Below, one piece after another: positions 1 to 12,193 of a stretch of 64,000 nt of DNA. Source of the stretch: Sarcophilus harrisii (Eukaryota); assembly GCA_048593225.1 (NCBI GenBank), contig CM109175.1, positions 261,543,655-261,607,654 of the forward strand, read 5' to 3'. Every line of letters starts with the position of its first letter. The first letter of the stretch is position 1. The notes below the pieces were generated by a model. The model was not told the DNA's origin. It made no database searches and saw only the letters and a program-made list of their open reading frames with translations. The position numbers and the translations under genes are program-made.

Positions 1-375
1 TGTAGCCCCAAAGTTGACTCAGATCCGGGTGGGGCTGGGACAGGTCCAGATCTTCTATTGGAATTCAAAAGGACCAAGATTTGTGAGTCAAAGGGTAATT
101 ACATTAACTAGAGGGATTTGGGAATCAAAGATAAGAATCTTTCCCATATCAATTTGACTGTACTTAAAAAAAATTATGAAAAAAATTTCAACCAACTATT
201 ATCAGTGAATAAGGCTTGGCACAGTGGGTGAGGAATACCTATGTTAACTTTACTGTGCAAGTAAAGTATGGATGTGCAAAAAGCATTGAACCCCCAAGGG
301 GGAAAATTCCATTGAGGCAAGCTGAGTTCTCAATGTTCTAACTAGTCATTGTGATACTTAGTAAGCAGGCCAGTT

Positions 376-843
376 CTTTTTTTTTAATAGCTTTTTATTT
401 GCAAGTTATATGCATGGGTAATTTTACAGCATTGACAATTGACAAACCTTTTGTTCCAATTTTTCCCCTCCTTCCCCCCATCCCCTCTCCCAGATGGCAG
501 GTTGACCAATATATGTTAAATATGTTAAAGTATAAATTAAATACAATATAAGTATACATGTCCATACAGTTATTTTGCTGTACGAAAAGAATCTGACTTT
601 GAAATAGTGTACAATTAGCCTGTGAAGGAAATCAAAAATGCAGGCAGACAAAAATAGAGGGATTGGGAATTCTATGTAGTGGTTCATAGTCATCTCCCAG
701 AGTTCTTTCCCTGGGTGTAGCTGGTTTAGTTCATTACTGCTCTATTGGAACTGATTTGATTCATCTCATTGTTGAAGAGGGCCACGGTCATCAGAATTGA
801 TCATCATATAGTATTATTGTTGAAGTATATAATAATCTCCTGG
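376..843 (-). mobile_element. 5'-truncated L1 (LINE-1) 3' end (3'UTR with poly-A, seen as poly-T 376..386 on + strand)
   Basis: Same ~450-bp unit recurs at 11051..11415, 32929..33370, 50123..50310 and 56211..56682. Copy 32929.. continues directly into an L1 ORF2 C-terminus, which identifies the unit as an L1 3'UTR. Possible short TSD agcaggcca. Confidence 0.6.
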
Positions 844-3329
844 TCAGCAGGCCAATTAGTAAAAGGAGTTAGTGAAGAAGTAGGGTAACAGTAGGTTCTT
901 TTATAGGAGAAAAATAATCTCAGGGGCTGGCATCATAAGCTTGGCTTTCTGATTGGATACAGTAATTGTAGGGGGTCATAATAATTTGACTAATGCAAGG
1001 AATTTGACAAGGAATTAAACAAAGGCCTACTGTAACAAAGGCTTATTTAAGGACAACAAAAAAAGGCCTGCTTTATCTTATTAATACCTCTCTCTTTGGA
1101 AGTAAATTGAACTCCACCTTAATACTTCTTTTATGACTTATCCATCTACCAAGAACCAATGATTCCATCAGTACTATGAATACCTTATTAACTTTATCTT
1201 TCAGTTTATAATTCTATAATCATGGTACATGCCTTTGTTATATAGTCTAGTAAAGCAGATAGGTAGGGGTGAACACTAAATCTGAATCAGATTCTCCAAC
1301 TCTCACAAATCTTCTGACTCCAATTCTACTTTGGATTCCTAACCCTAACTCTAACTGACTCTAACTCTAACCCTATATTTGCCTTATTTTCATTATGTAA
1401 AAATCACTTAGGTAGAGGCCTATGAAATGGTCTTATTGAAGTTACAGGGTGCAGTCAGAGTATATTGGAATTACAGACCAGTGTTGTAAGCTTTCAAAAG
1501 AATTTGTAGATTTAGACATTCTCTAAATCAAAGGGCAAAGATTTTATTATGCTGCTAAGAGCTAAATCTATAATGACCTTCAAGGAAACGGGGCTTTAGC
1601 AATTAAGAAGAAAAAAGACAGATTCCTTAGTGGAGACCCATTAAAGCATGACAAGTGGGGGGATTAGCCATTGACTGGCAGGCTAACTCTCACAGGGATT
1701 TAGCACCCTAAAGAATTAGCTAGCTACTGAGGTTCAGTTAAGCCTTTTACAGGTGAACGATATAACCTTGAGGGTTTGATATAACTTGTCTTTCTGAGTG
1801 GATAAAATAATTGAAGTTATGATGATTTTGTCAATGCAAAGCTAAGAATTCTAACAGAGACCTCTACTTGAGGTGGGGCTATAATAAAGTCCACTTAAAC
1901 AAAAGGCCTAGAGGATTCTTTTAGTGATCCTCCCTACTCCCCTGTGGGGAGACGGAAAGGAGGAAGTAGCTAGGCTTTCTGATTGTTCTTATTCAGCCCC
2001 CATCAATCCATTTATGTAAAGCTATAGTTGCTGTCTGTCTTTTACGTCTTGACTTGCAAGCGAATTGGATTTCAGTGAGGGAGGACTGTACAAAGTCGCC
2101 AGCTTCACTTTCTCCATAACCATCTGGGTCCAGTAGCCAGCTATAGATCAGGAAGATTGGAGATGGATTCAAGGGGAGACCTTGGCCTTTTTAAGCTAAG
2201 GTCTTTAAGAAGTCTGTTTGACTGAAGCGATATCCATTCAAGAAACTGAGGCTGGGTAAGAAAAAAATGAGGCAAAGAATGGCTTTTCAAACCTAGTTAA
2301 AAAATGTAATCTGTCAGGGAGGGGAAGACTCTCCAGGTTACTAGTCAAAACAGAAACAATTGCTATTTTATAGTCAATCTGCACCAATCTGGGGCCAAAA
2401 CAAAGACCAAATGGGCTTGGCGTGGGACCTCTTGTTGGCTAATCAATGAGAGCCAGAATGATTTGGGTTTAAGGATTTGGTCCTTCAGAAATAAATCTAG
2501 TTTATATTCCATATAAGGTATAATCTAGCAATTATAATAGGAAGGATTGCAGAGTAACAATCAGGACTTTGTGAGCTTTAATAGCATGAATCTGCAGTGA
2601 ATATGATTATCTGGGTCTTGTGATTTACTCTACTTATTCTTAATGTATTCAAATTAATAGAGTCAAAACATTATTGGCACCTTTTGCCTACTTTCCTTTT
2701 TTTCTCTTTTATCCTTACTAATTCTACCTCTTCCAATCATCTTACAATGATTGTTGCCTCCTCTTTGCTCCACTCCAATCTTATTTTATGTATATTGATG
2801 CTAACATATATATATGTGTGTATGTTTTTCCTTTTCCTTTCCAGTGTAACCACTCCGTTACTCCTCTTTGTCTATCTGTTGAGTTTGGGAAGGGACCCCA
2901 AATGTATGAGGGTCACAGACCAGTTTCACGAGGTGTCTCAAAAAGAATTTTCAGGCTTGAATCCATCTCCAAATCAGGGGGCAAAGTTTATTGTAATTGT
3001 AACATCAACTATAATGGGCTGAGTTCCAAAAGAATTTAGCAAAGGACCCAAGAGAAAGCAGGTAGATTTATAGGACAAAGTTGATTAGAGCTTCATGTTA
3101 CTTATTTGCTAATTTTATGACTTACAAGTAGGTTTGAAGGGTATTCTATTCGCTACTGTCTCAGGAACTTGGTTATCACTGATCAATAGATTATCTGACA
3201 ATGAGTAATGTTTGTAGGACTCTTCTGAAGCCAGAAGACATTGAAATCATTGACAGACAGATTGTTAGAACAGAATTCTTAGATCAGAGGGCCTCAGGAT
3301 TACTAATATATCTTCCCTAAAATATAAGG

Positions 3330-3985
3330 GAAGAAATATTTTTTTATGCATATATATTTATACAATTATTGTGGTGCACAAGAAAAACCAGATCAAATCA
3401 GTAAAAAAAGAAAGAAGAAGAAAATGCAAGCAAGCAACAACAAAAAGAGTAGAAATGCCATGTTGTGGTCCACACTCAGTTGTTCTCTTTCTGGGTGTGG
3501 GTGGCTCTCTTCATTACAAGATCATTGGAACTGGTTTGAATCACCTCATTGTAGACAAGAGCCATGTCCATCAGAGTTGATTATCATATTTTCTTATAGT
3601 TACCATGCATAATGATCTCCTGGTTCTGCTCATTTCACTTAGCATCAGTTCATGTAAGTCTTTCCAGATCTCTCAAAAATCATCCTGCTGGTCATTTCTT
3701 ATAGGACAATAATATTCTATAACATTCATATACCATAACTTATTCAGCCATTCCCCAACTAATGGGTATCCACTCAGTCTTCAGTTTCCAGCCACTACAA
3801 AGAGGGCTGCCACAAACATTTTTGCACATGTGGGTCCCTTTCCCTCCTTTAAGATCTCTTTGGGATATAAGCCCAATAGTAACACTCCTGGATCAAAGGG
3901 TTTGCACAGTTTTATAGCCCTCGGCATCAGTCCAGATTGTTCTCCAGAATGGCTGGATCCGTTCACAGTTCCATCAACAAGAGAA
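3330..3985 (-). mobile_element. L1 fragment (ORF2 C-terminus plus 3'UTR)
   Basis: Minus ORF 3781..3966 gives ...GLYPKEILKEGKGPTCAKMFVAALFVVAGN, a typical L1 ORF2 C-terminus. 3330..3610 matches L1 3'UTR copies at 16310..16580 and 54140..54300. Confidence 0.7.
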
Positions 3986-5724
3986 GAAATATTATATTCC
4001 TAGGCCAGAGAACTTTTACAATCATTGATGGACAGATTGCCAGAACAATAATACTCCAAGGTTGGGGGGGACTATCTCGGTATCACATATTCCAAAGCCA
4101 GACTTTAGAATCACTGACAGAATGTTAGAACAGAAGTACCCCAAAGTCAGTGGGACCTCCCTACTACTGTCTCCCCTAGAAGTTATATTCCTTCACATCC
4201 ACAATAATTTGTTATCTGAAGGAGACAGCACCAGCAAATGGAGGGAACAAGTGAGGTTTCCCATAAGAGATGATACCTGAGCTTGAAAGAAAGTATTCTA
4301 AGCTGAAGAGATGAGGTTAGAGGGCCTTCCAGAATGGTAGGTAAGGAAGGAGGGAGAAAAGTTTATGCAAAGACAAGAAGAGAGATAGAATGGTAAGTCC
4401 AGGGAACAGTTTAAGTAAGTTAAGTTTGACATTAAGGGGACTAATAATGCATGTGTAGGGAAAATAGATTGGAGCTAAATTATAGATAGTTTTAAATTCC
4501 AGAACAAATAATTTTATTTTATCCCAGAAGTAATAGGGAGCCACTGAAGATTTTTGAGCAGATGAATGGCATAGCCAGAGTAGTAGATTTCATAGAGGAT
4601 GTGGGTTCAAATCCTATCTCTGTCATTTATGACTATTGTGGTATTGTATTTAACATCTCTAGGGAACAGTTTTTTAAAGAGCTTTGATTTGGGAGTAATT
4701 TGTAGGTTATATATATGTTATGAAAAATAAAGGTGAAGGGTACTCATGTGTAACCTATATGATGTGGTCTTCAGTTTTTGTTTTTGTTTTTTTTTTTTAA
4801 ACATGTATAAAGATGACAAGAGAAATAAGAAAATAGATGAGGTCACCAAAGGAAAAGTTGTAGAAAGAGAAAAGCCCAGCTTCAAGCCTTAGGAAGCACC
4901 CATTCTTAGAGGGTAAGAAGTGAGATAATCTAGCAAAGAGAATGTGGGGGGATTTTTACAGGTAGGGCGACAATAAGAATAGCCAGCATTTATAATGTGC
5001 TTTACAAATATCTTATTTTGTTCTCCTAACAATTCTGAGAGATAGGTTCCATTATTAGCTGAGGATCCTCAGGTTAATTGATTTGCCCAGTCACACAGCT
5101 AGTTTAGTATCCAAGGCAGGATTTGTACTCATTTTCCTGATTCCCATCAAGTTTAGTGCTCTATCCAACCCTGAGGCTTAACTCCTGAAAATAGAGATAA
5201 GGAGGGCAAGGGAGAAGAGAATAACTAAGGATGAGATGATTTACAGGATCAAATTCAGAAGATCCATCAAGTGGGAAGGAAAATGAGTTTTAGACTTTGT
5301 AGTTAAGATCATTAGAGAGTTGTTTCAGAAGAGTGGCAAATTAGAAATCATATTGTGGATGAAAAATGAGTGGATAATGAGAAATTGAAGGCAATGAATA
5401 TGGATGACTTTTTTCCAAATTTGGATAATTAAAAAAACTATTTTTTTACAATTTTAAAAAGTAGTTACTATGATCTCCAAAGTAAGAAGAAGGGTTAGAA
5501 CTTGTTTCTCCTAAACTCTGGAAGTAGAGGTGTTCAGAAAATGCCTTTGTCTAGACATAGCAAAGGAAAGTACTCCAGGAAGAAAGGCAAATGGAAGGTT
5601 AAGGGAGGATCTGGAACTTTGTGGTCTTTGGATGTCCCCAGACATGGTTATTTAGTCATATTTTACCTCTAGCCTGAAGCAACATACTACTTCCAGGGTC
5701 AGTAGTGTTCTTAGAAAATTATTC

Positions 5725-6530
5725 ATAAAATGAACCAACCATTCTGGAGAGCAATTTGGAACTATGCCCAAAGGGCTATAAAACTGTACATACTCTTTGA
5801 TCCAGCAGTGTCTCTGCTGATTCTGTATCCTAAAGAGATCATAAAAGAGAGAAAAGGAGCCACATGTGCAAAAAAAATGTTTGTAGCAGCCCTTTTTGTA
5901 GTGTCGAGGAACTAAAAATTAAGTGAATGCCTCTTAGTTGAGGAATGGCTGAATAAGTTATGGCACATGAATGAAATGGCATATTATTTTTGCATAAGAA
6001 ATGAATAAGCAGGCTTATTTCAGAAAAGGCTGAAAAAACTTACATGAATTGATGCTGAGTAAAGGGAGCAGAATTGAAGACCTTTATACACAGTAATGAA
6101 AAGATTATGTGATGAACAACTATGACGACTTTGCTCTTCTCAGTAATGAGATGATTCAAGACAATTCCAATAGACTTGAGATGGGAAGAGCCATCTGCAT
6201 CCAGAGAGAAAAGTATGGAGACTAAATGTGGGATCGAAGCATAATGTTCTCACCTTTTTTGTTTTTTTCTTTCTTGTGGGTTTTTTCCTGTTTGGTCTGA
6301 TTTTTCTTGTACAACATCATAAATATGAACATATGTTTAAAAGAATTACGTATATTTAACTCATATCAGATTACTAGCTATCTTGGGGAGGGGGGAGACA
6401 GGAGGAGAGAGGAAGATAAGAGAGGGAGGGAGAAAAACTTGAAGCACAAAGTCTTACAAAAATGAATGTTTTGAAAATGTAAACTATCTTTATATGTATT
6501 TGGAAAAAAAATAAAATACTATTGCAAATT
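5725..6530 (+). mobile_element. L1 3' end (ORF2 C-terminus plus 3'UTR); tail partly duplicated at 6595..6670
   Basis: ORF 5730..5915 gives WRAIWNYAQRAIKLYILFDPAVSLLILYPKEIIKERKGATCAKKMFVAALFVV (L1 ORF2 end). Downstream matches L1 3'UTR (gatgctgagtaaagggagcag...ggggaggggggagac...). A second partial tail copy lies at 6595..6670. Confidence 0.7.
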
Positions 6531-6744
6531 TAAAGAAAAGGAAAAAATGAATGTATTATAAAAATAAAAGATATTAATAAAATAGCTCTTAAAAATGAAT
6601 GTTGAAAACTGTATGAACACACATATATATATATTTGAAAAAATAAAATACTGTTGAGGAAAAATAAAAAAATCATTCACAAGATCATAGATATAAAGCT
6701 AGAAAAGGCTTTTTTGAGGTCTTCTAGTTTCGATTCCTTTTACA

Positions 6745-6840
6745 GTTGAGGAAATTGAAGACCAAGATCATACAGAGTATAAGCAGATGAGCTGGAATTT
6801 GAATCCAGATCCCTATGACTAACTTTAGCACACTTCCCAT
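6745..6840 (+). mobile_element. MIR-type SINE fragment
   Basis: Core ttttacagttgaggaaattgaag...tgaatccagatccc resembles the MIR core (tacagatgaggaaactgagg). Similar cores lie at 22262..22400, 26556..26660, 39340..39495, 49680..49790 and 63190..63335. Confidence 0.4.
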
Positions 6841-7780
6841 TGTACTTTTGCTACTTTTCTTCCCTTCATTTGAGAACAGGACACAGGTGAAAGAGTGATT
6901 GGACTGGCTATTTGTCTACATTAAGCTCCCTTGTGTGAAATCATTTGATTCCTATCAAAGCTCTCAACCTACATTTGTGATACTTTGTTCCCTTTTTCAT
7001 TGTTTTTTCTTACTTTCCATTTATCCTTTTAATGGCTTTTTTGGATATAGATGTTTGAAGGCTAACTCCCAGTGAGATTGTAAGCTTCCTGAGAATGGGG
7101 ACTATCTTTTGCCTTTTTTCCTATGCACAATGCTTATTAAGTGTAACTGGCCAGTTGATCTGTCTTTAGGATCATAGATTTAGATCTGAAAGGGCTTTCA
7201 GAGACCCTAGTCCAACTCCCTTATTGTATAGATTAAAAAAAAAAAAAAACAACTGGAGGCTCAAAGTGATATTACTTGAATTACTTGTCTAATTCATACA
7301 GATAATGGTGTTATTAAAACCAAAATTTGAACCTCAGGTATGATTCCAGAGCCTGTGCTCTTTCAATTATAGCACACAATGCCTCCTTGATGCTTTTAAT
7401 ATCTTTGGGGTTGAGGATGAAGTGGAGAGGAGGAAGAAAAATTGCCAGTTAAGTCCAACATTTGACTCCATTCAATCCAGCTGCATTGAAACCCACCGTC
7501 TCATTTGGTGAACGGCCAAACGATTAATAGCTAGTAACTATCTTCCATGGCAGTAGAAGCTGTTGGTATTTGAAGATCATTATGAAGTTTTTCTTTAGTT
7601 TCCTTTTTTGCAGGTTGAATAAGACCCCAAGTCCTGGAACATTTTCCCCAAAAGTTCTGTCCTTTTCATTACTTTCTAGATCTTCTCTTTGTTTTCTCTT
7701 GCCCTCTGGCTAAAGCAGCAGCCTGGAGATTGTTGCTCTCTGAGCTTTGTGGGAGGAGCCAAAGATATTGGGAGTGGTTG

Positions 7781-7804
7781 AGTTTCAGTTTTGAAAACTT
7801 TGAG
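7781..7804. promoter_or_regulatory. ISRE-like element (reverse complement AAAACTGAAACT) upstream of PARP14-like gene
   Basis: agtttcagttttgaaaactttga; reverse complement matches ISRE GAAANNGAAACT at 11/12 positions. Confidence 0.3.
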
Positions 7805-7985
7805 ACGCTACAGGAGTAGAAATTTTGAAAAGGGCCTCAATCTTAGCTTTTTCTCCTCTGTTTTCTCCTCATCTTTCTCTATTCTTATTTTCATTTTGAA
7901 AATATTGAAGTTTGATAAACTCATACTATCTACATCTAAATATGCTTCTTAAAACCCACCTCCTGAAGTAAAATCATTGAGTTAG

Positions 7986-8008
7986 TTTTCAAGGAAATGA
8001 AACTGAAA
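7986..8008. promoter_or_regulatory. ISRE/IRF-E-like element (tandem GAAA half-sites, GAAACTGAAA core)
   Basis: agttttcaaggaaatgaaactgaaa contains TTTC plus three GAAA repeats with the canonical GAAACTGAAA spacing (compare ISG15/ISG54 ISREs). Sits ~700 bp upstream of the ATG at 8710 and ~175 bp upstream of a consensus donor at 8181|GTGAGT. Confidence 0.35.
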
Positions 8009-8709
8009 TTAGTCTTTTTCATTTTGGTTGCTGATTGTGGGAATGTCCCTATACTAAAGGAGAGAAGAGAGTTATTTAGCAGAATATCCTGGATGATCAG
8101 TAGGAGAGTTACAAGGAATATCTGTGCTGGGGAAAAGTGACTTTTGATAAGGAATGATGGAGACAGTATCACTTTTGCTAGGTGAGTGTGATATGTTTTG
8201 GTTTTTTAAAAATTTATATAAAAATGCTATGAACTTGGGTTTATTTTTTAAATCTGTTTTCCAGTTTAATGAATTTCTTTCAGTAAACTCAAAACCACTG
8301 AACCCCAAATCACAGAGCAATCTGAAGAATGATAAGATTATATGACAGAATATTCTCTACTTCTAGGGCTCTTCCTTCTTTTTTTTAAACTAATTTTTGT
8401 TCCCTTTTATTTTTGCAATCTCACTCCCAAACCTTAATTGATAGGGGACAATAGAGACTCACAGAAAGAGAGACATAAGCAAGGAAAGACAAAAATCAAA
8501 TTTTACCCTGGCCCAGCCCTGCTTTCAGAATGCAAGGTGGAAAATTCACATAGAGTATTCTCTCCCACAGGGATTGCTAATCATACTACAATATCAGGCT
8601 CTGATTATTTGTCTTATATGATGTTCTTTTCTGAATTTTTCCAGCAAGGCTGCAGAATCTGATAGGTGGTTTTCAATTTTGAAGTAGAAGCAAGAAGGTT
8701 GGATCAAAC

Positions 8710-9780
8710 ATGTCTGGATCTGTGACCAGCAATGGACCTCATTTAAGAACTTGCTGTAAAAGAGCTTCAGGTGATAAAGATCTAAAGGATCCCAGCTTCA
8801 GCCTGCAAACAGTCAAGCCCTGTTGTGGTCCTTTCATGAGAGTCTCAGGGAGACAGCCACGAAGCTTCTCAGTATGTAGCAGGAACAGTAAAGACTGGAA
8901 GATGCTGGATCACCTTCAGAGTTATCCAAGCACAAATGAAATTTTACATGTGACCCCTGAGGAGTTCCATTTATGGAAGGTCCTACAGGAAACTCTGGAT
9001 TTTTCTCTTTGGAAGGTGAAAGTTGGCTGGCAACTAGTTGAGAACTCAGCAATCATTTCCTTCTCTGGACCCCAGAAAGTGGTCTCTAATGCCAAGACTG
9101 CCATCAGTAAACTGATGATCCTTCTCAATTCCACTGTGAGAATGAATCCATGGCCTGGTTTGATTCAAGAGCAAAAAAAGATGAGTGGTTTCTTTCAAGT
9201 AGGAAATGGCCTTAGTCTTTATCTTTGGAAAGGAGAAGCTTCCACCTTCCGAGCCTCTGTCATCATGAGCCTCAGCAGTGGGCCACTGGACAGACAAAAT
9301 AAGGTCAAACCAGTCCCCAAAGTAAGGGTACAGAGGCAGCATATCCTGAATGATCGAGGTATTCCCCAGGTGTTGCTACAAGTGGTGCTATCATCCTCCT
9401 GGGCTGGCCATAGCTCAGGGAGGAAGCTTACTTCTAGGGATGAAAGCCAGGAGCTGACTGCCAGTGCTGTCACTTTGGCACTGCAAGCTGCGTCTCAGGA
9501 GAAAAGTGCTTCTTTGGTAATCCACCCCACAGGTCCAACAGCCCTCGCAAAGGGGATAACTCAGGGAGTCAAGGCCTTTAAGAACATGCAGCCCATGGGG
9601 AGCAGCCTGAAGAATCTGACAGTTGCAGTAACTGATGATGACTTTGTAGCCGAGTGGGAGGTGGAATGTTGCAGGTGGTGGCCCAGTGGAAAGAATCTCC
9701 GCGTCCTCCTTCCCTACGTCATGAGCTCCTGGGAAGCAGTAACAACTGAGGTAGTGTTTGGAAGCCTCTTCAGCCAGAAA
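8710..9780 (+). CDS. PARP14-like protein, coding exon 1 of 10 seen (KH-like repeat region); ATG at 8710 is a candidate start
   Basis: Long ORF; in-frame stop at 8680..8682 just upstream; Kozak aaacATGt. Ends at consensus donor AAA|GTAAGT (9781). Segment HLWKVLQETLDFSLWKV resembles PARP14 PLWKFLQKK KH-like region. Phase 0 end. Confidence 0.65.
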
Positions 9781-10297
9781 GTAAGTGGTCACTACTGAGT
9801 CTGGTTCTCCTTAGGTCAGTGGTACACATGCAGCCTTGGAAAGAATCCATGATTGATCAACAGAAATGATCAACTGGGTAATGAGATTCTAGGAAAAGTT
9901 AAGGAACATGGGATAAAGAGAAACTTGGAGAAAAACAATAACATTTCTTAAATATTCCAAGGGATTCAGAAGCCATAACAATTTATTGTCTATCCCCTTT
10001 GAGAATAGAACAAAACAAAATAGGTTAGACATGAGAGGGAACATCTAGTCAGTGAAGTCAATAAGAAATGGTACAGGTGACCAAGGAGTCCTATGAACTT
10101 TCTGTGAGAATTTGTTAAAACATGAAGGATCTCTGTTTGGGTTAAGGTAAAAGTAATGGAGGTTTTGGCAATCTCAAAGCTAAAGGAAAATGGTTTAGAA
10201 TTCTATTACCTGATGAAAACTTTTTTTTAGAGGATGTTTATCTTAATTTTCCTTATTTTCATTCTTCTTTCTTCCTGAACTTTTCTTTTATTCACAG

Positions 10298-10492
10298 ACA
10301 GATGTGGTTGTTTTCCCTTGGATTCTGGAGCCCCACAATAAAAGTTGGGTCCAGGAGACTACTACTCAGGTCCGTACAGCCCTGGAGACCATTCTTACTG
10401 CCCAGAATCTTGTCCATGGAAATATCATCACCATTCCTGCTTCCAGCTTGCCTGGTCTGCATTGCCAGATCCTATATATCATCTGCCTGGAT
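10298..10492 (+). CDS. PARP14-like protein, exon 2
   Basis: Acceptor ttttattcacag|ACA, donor GAT|GTGAGA. 195 nt, phase 0 to 0, in frame with exon 1 (TDVVVFPWILEPHNKSWVQETTTQVRTALETILTAQNLVHGNIITIPASSLPGLHCQILYIICLD). Confidence 0.6.
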
Positions 10493-11050
10493 GTGAGATT
10501 GGTTCAACAGTGCCTAGAAGTTAGCAAGGTTTGGCCTAATGTTTGAATATAAATGAATTAAAAGACATTTAATCAAACATTTACTATGTGTAAAACATTG
10601 TACTAAATGCTGGCTTTACAAGTAGAAAAAGAAGGACAGTTCTTGCTCTCAAAGAACTCACATTCTAATGGGGGAGACTATGTACTTTAGGGTACAGCAG
10701 CAAGGCAGAGGGTAATGCATTTTCTTTAATGTCATTTCAACTGATAAAATCATATCTGTTTCTGATGCTTACTTATTTTATAATGCCAAAGGCTTTGGAG
10801 GTGAAAACTTTCTTCTTGAAATCTTTAGTACTTGTGGGTATTGAGACCAGGCTGTAGTAACTGTAAAAGCAGTTGCCAAATTGCATCTCCATAGAGTTGT
10901 TCTCTGGCACGATGGCTATAGAGATTGGGCTAAAAGCAAGAGCATGGTGTTGTCTGTGCTGCCTTTACTGAGGCTTTTAGGTTTTTCTGTTAGTGGAAGT
11001 TGGTGGCAATTATGAGGAAGATGAATCTTTTCAATAGTGATTGCTTCTTT

Positions 11051-11415
11051 CTTTCTTTTTTTTTTTTTTAATAGCCTTTTATTTACAGGATATATGCATG
11101 GGTAACTTTACAGCATTAACAATTGCCAAACCTCTTGTTCCAATTTTTCACCTCTTACCCCCCCCACCCCCTCCCCTAGATGGCAGGATGACCAGTAGAT
11201 GTTAAATATATTAAAATATAAATTAGATACACAATAAGTATACATGACCAAAACGTTATTTTGCTGTACAAAAAGAATCAGACTCTGAAATATTGTACAA
11301 TTAGCTTGTGAAGGAAATCAAAAATGCAGGTGTGCATAAATATAGGGATTGGGAATTCAATGTAATGGTTTTTAGTCATCTCCCAGAGTTCTTTTTCTGG
11401 GCATAGCTGGTTCAG
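11051..11415 (-). mobile_element. 5'-truncated L1 3' end flanked by 18-bp target-site duplication (tagtgattgcttctttct)
   Basis: Poly-T 11054..11070, then the shared L1 3'UTR unit. TSD copies at ~11033..11050 and ~11416..11433. Confidence 0.75.
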
Positions 11416-11974
11416 TAGTGATTGCTTCTTTCTATGGTGATTATGGAACCTGAATGGGAAACAGGACCAGTGGTCTGGGGGGTACTGCTATTCTGAAAGC
11501 TTTGGGGTTTAAGTCAGGGGTTATTTACTTCAGGGTGTGGGGGAAGGAGTAGGGATTGACTGGCCTGGCACATGCCAACTCTTGTCTTTTACTCAGGGTG
11601 TTTTACTACTTTAGCTAGGCTGATGTACTCATTCTATAGGTGCTGGTTATTTGACGGTTGATGGGGAAGACTCGGCCCTTCTCCAATAGAGTTGTTTTCC
11701 TATGGGTAGAAATAATGGTTGAGATTGGGCTGGAAGTAGGATCAATAGACTAGGTGGCACTTCTTTATGTCATATACTGTGTATAAATTGATCTTTATCA
11801 GGTCAATATCACATTCCCACTTTAAGACCCTTTGAGATGAAGGTAGTGAGTGTTGAGTTATGATTTCTCTTTACCTTATCTACCTTCTTATGGAGACAGG
11901 CTATACATATTTGTAATTATACTTGCATTATAATTACATTTATAATTATTTTAATTACTGTGATTGTTACTCAG

Positions 11975-12193
11975 CAGGTCATTCAGCAGGTGGTCTGGAG
12001 CTGCTTGGACAATTTCCTTGGCTCTTTTCTGGAATCCATCTCCTTTCCTATCTTAGACCTGGAGACTACTGGGAATTCTAATTCTTTGTGTATTATGTTG
12101 GAAGAGATCAATAACTTTTTAAAACAAAAACCCAACACATGGATGAAACTAGTACAGATAATTCAACCCCTACAAGCAGCCACTCCTCAGAAG
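11975..12193 (+). CDS. PARP14-like protein, exon 3 (KH-like repeat)
   Basis: Acceptor ttgttactcag|CAG, donor AAG|GTAAAG. 219 nt, phase 0 to 0. QVIQQVVWSCL...ILDLETTGNSNS parallels PARP14 FLQQVNWKEF...LYELEGTTVLLTS. Confidence 0.6.

Noticed and set aside
3346-3612. + strand ORFs (88 and 69 aa) rich in Lys/Arg
   Set aside because: They lie in the reverse complement of an L1 3'UTR (A-rich). The same artefact recurs at 16315..16579, 34939..35313, 54089..54356 and 60782..60979.
8154-8181. Upstream ATGATGG (good Kozak) in putative 5' exon as alternative start codon
   Set aside because: Splicing 8181 to the only plausible acceptor before 8710 (8687/8688) runs into a stop within 12 codons. Treated as a uORF or non-coding.
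8834-9792. Several minus-strand ORFs (72-125 aa) overlapping PARP14-like exon 1
   Set aside because: Antisense shadow ORFs of a long coding exon. No splice or homology support.
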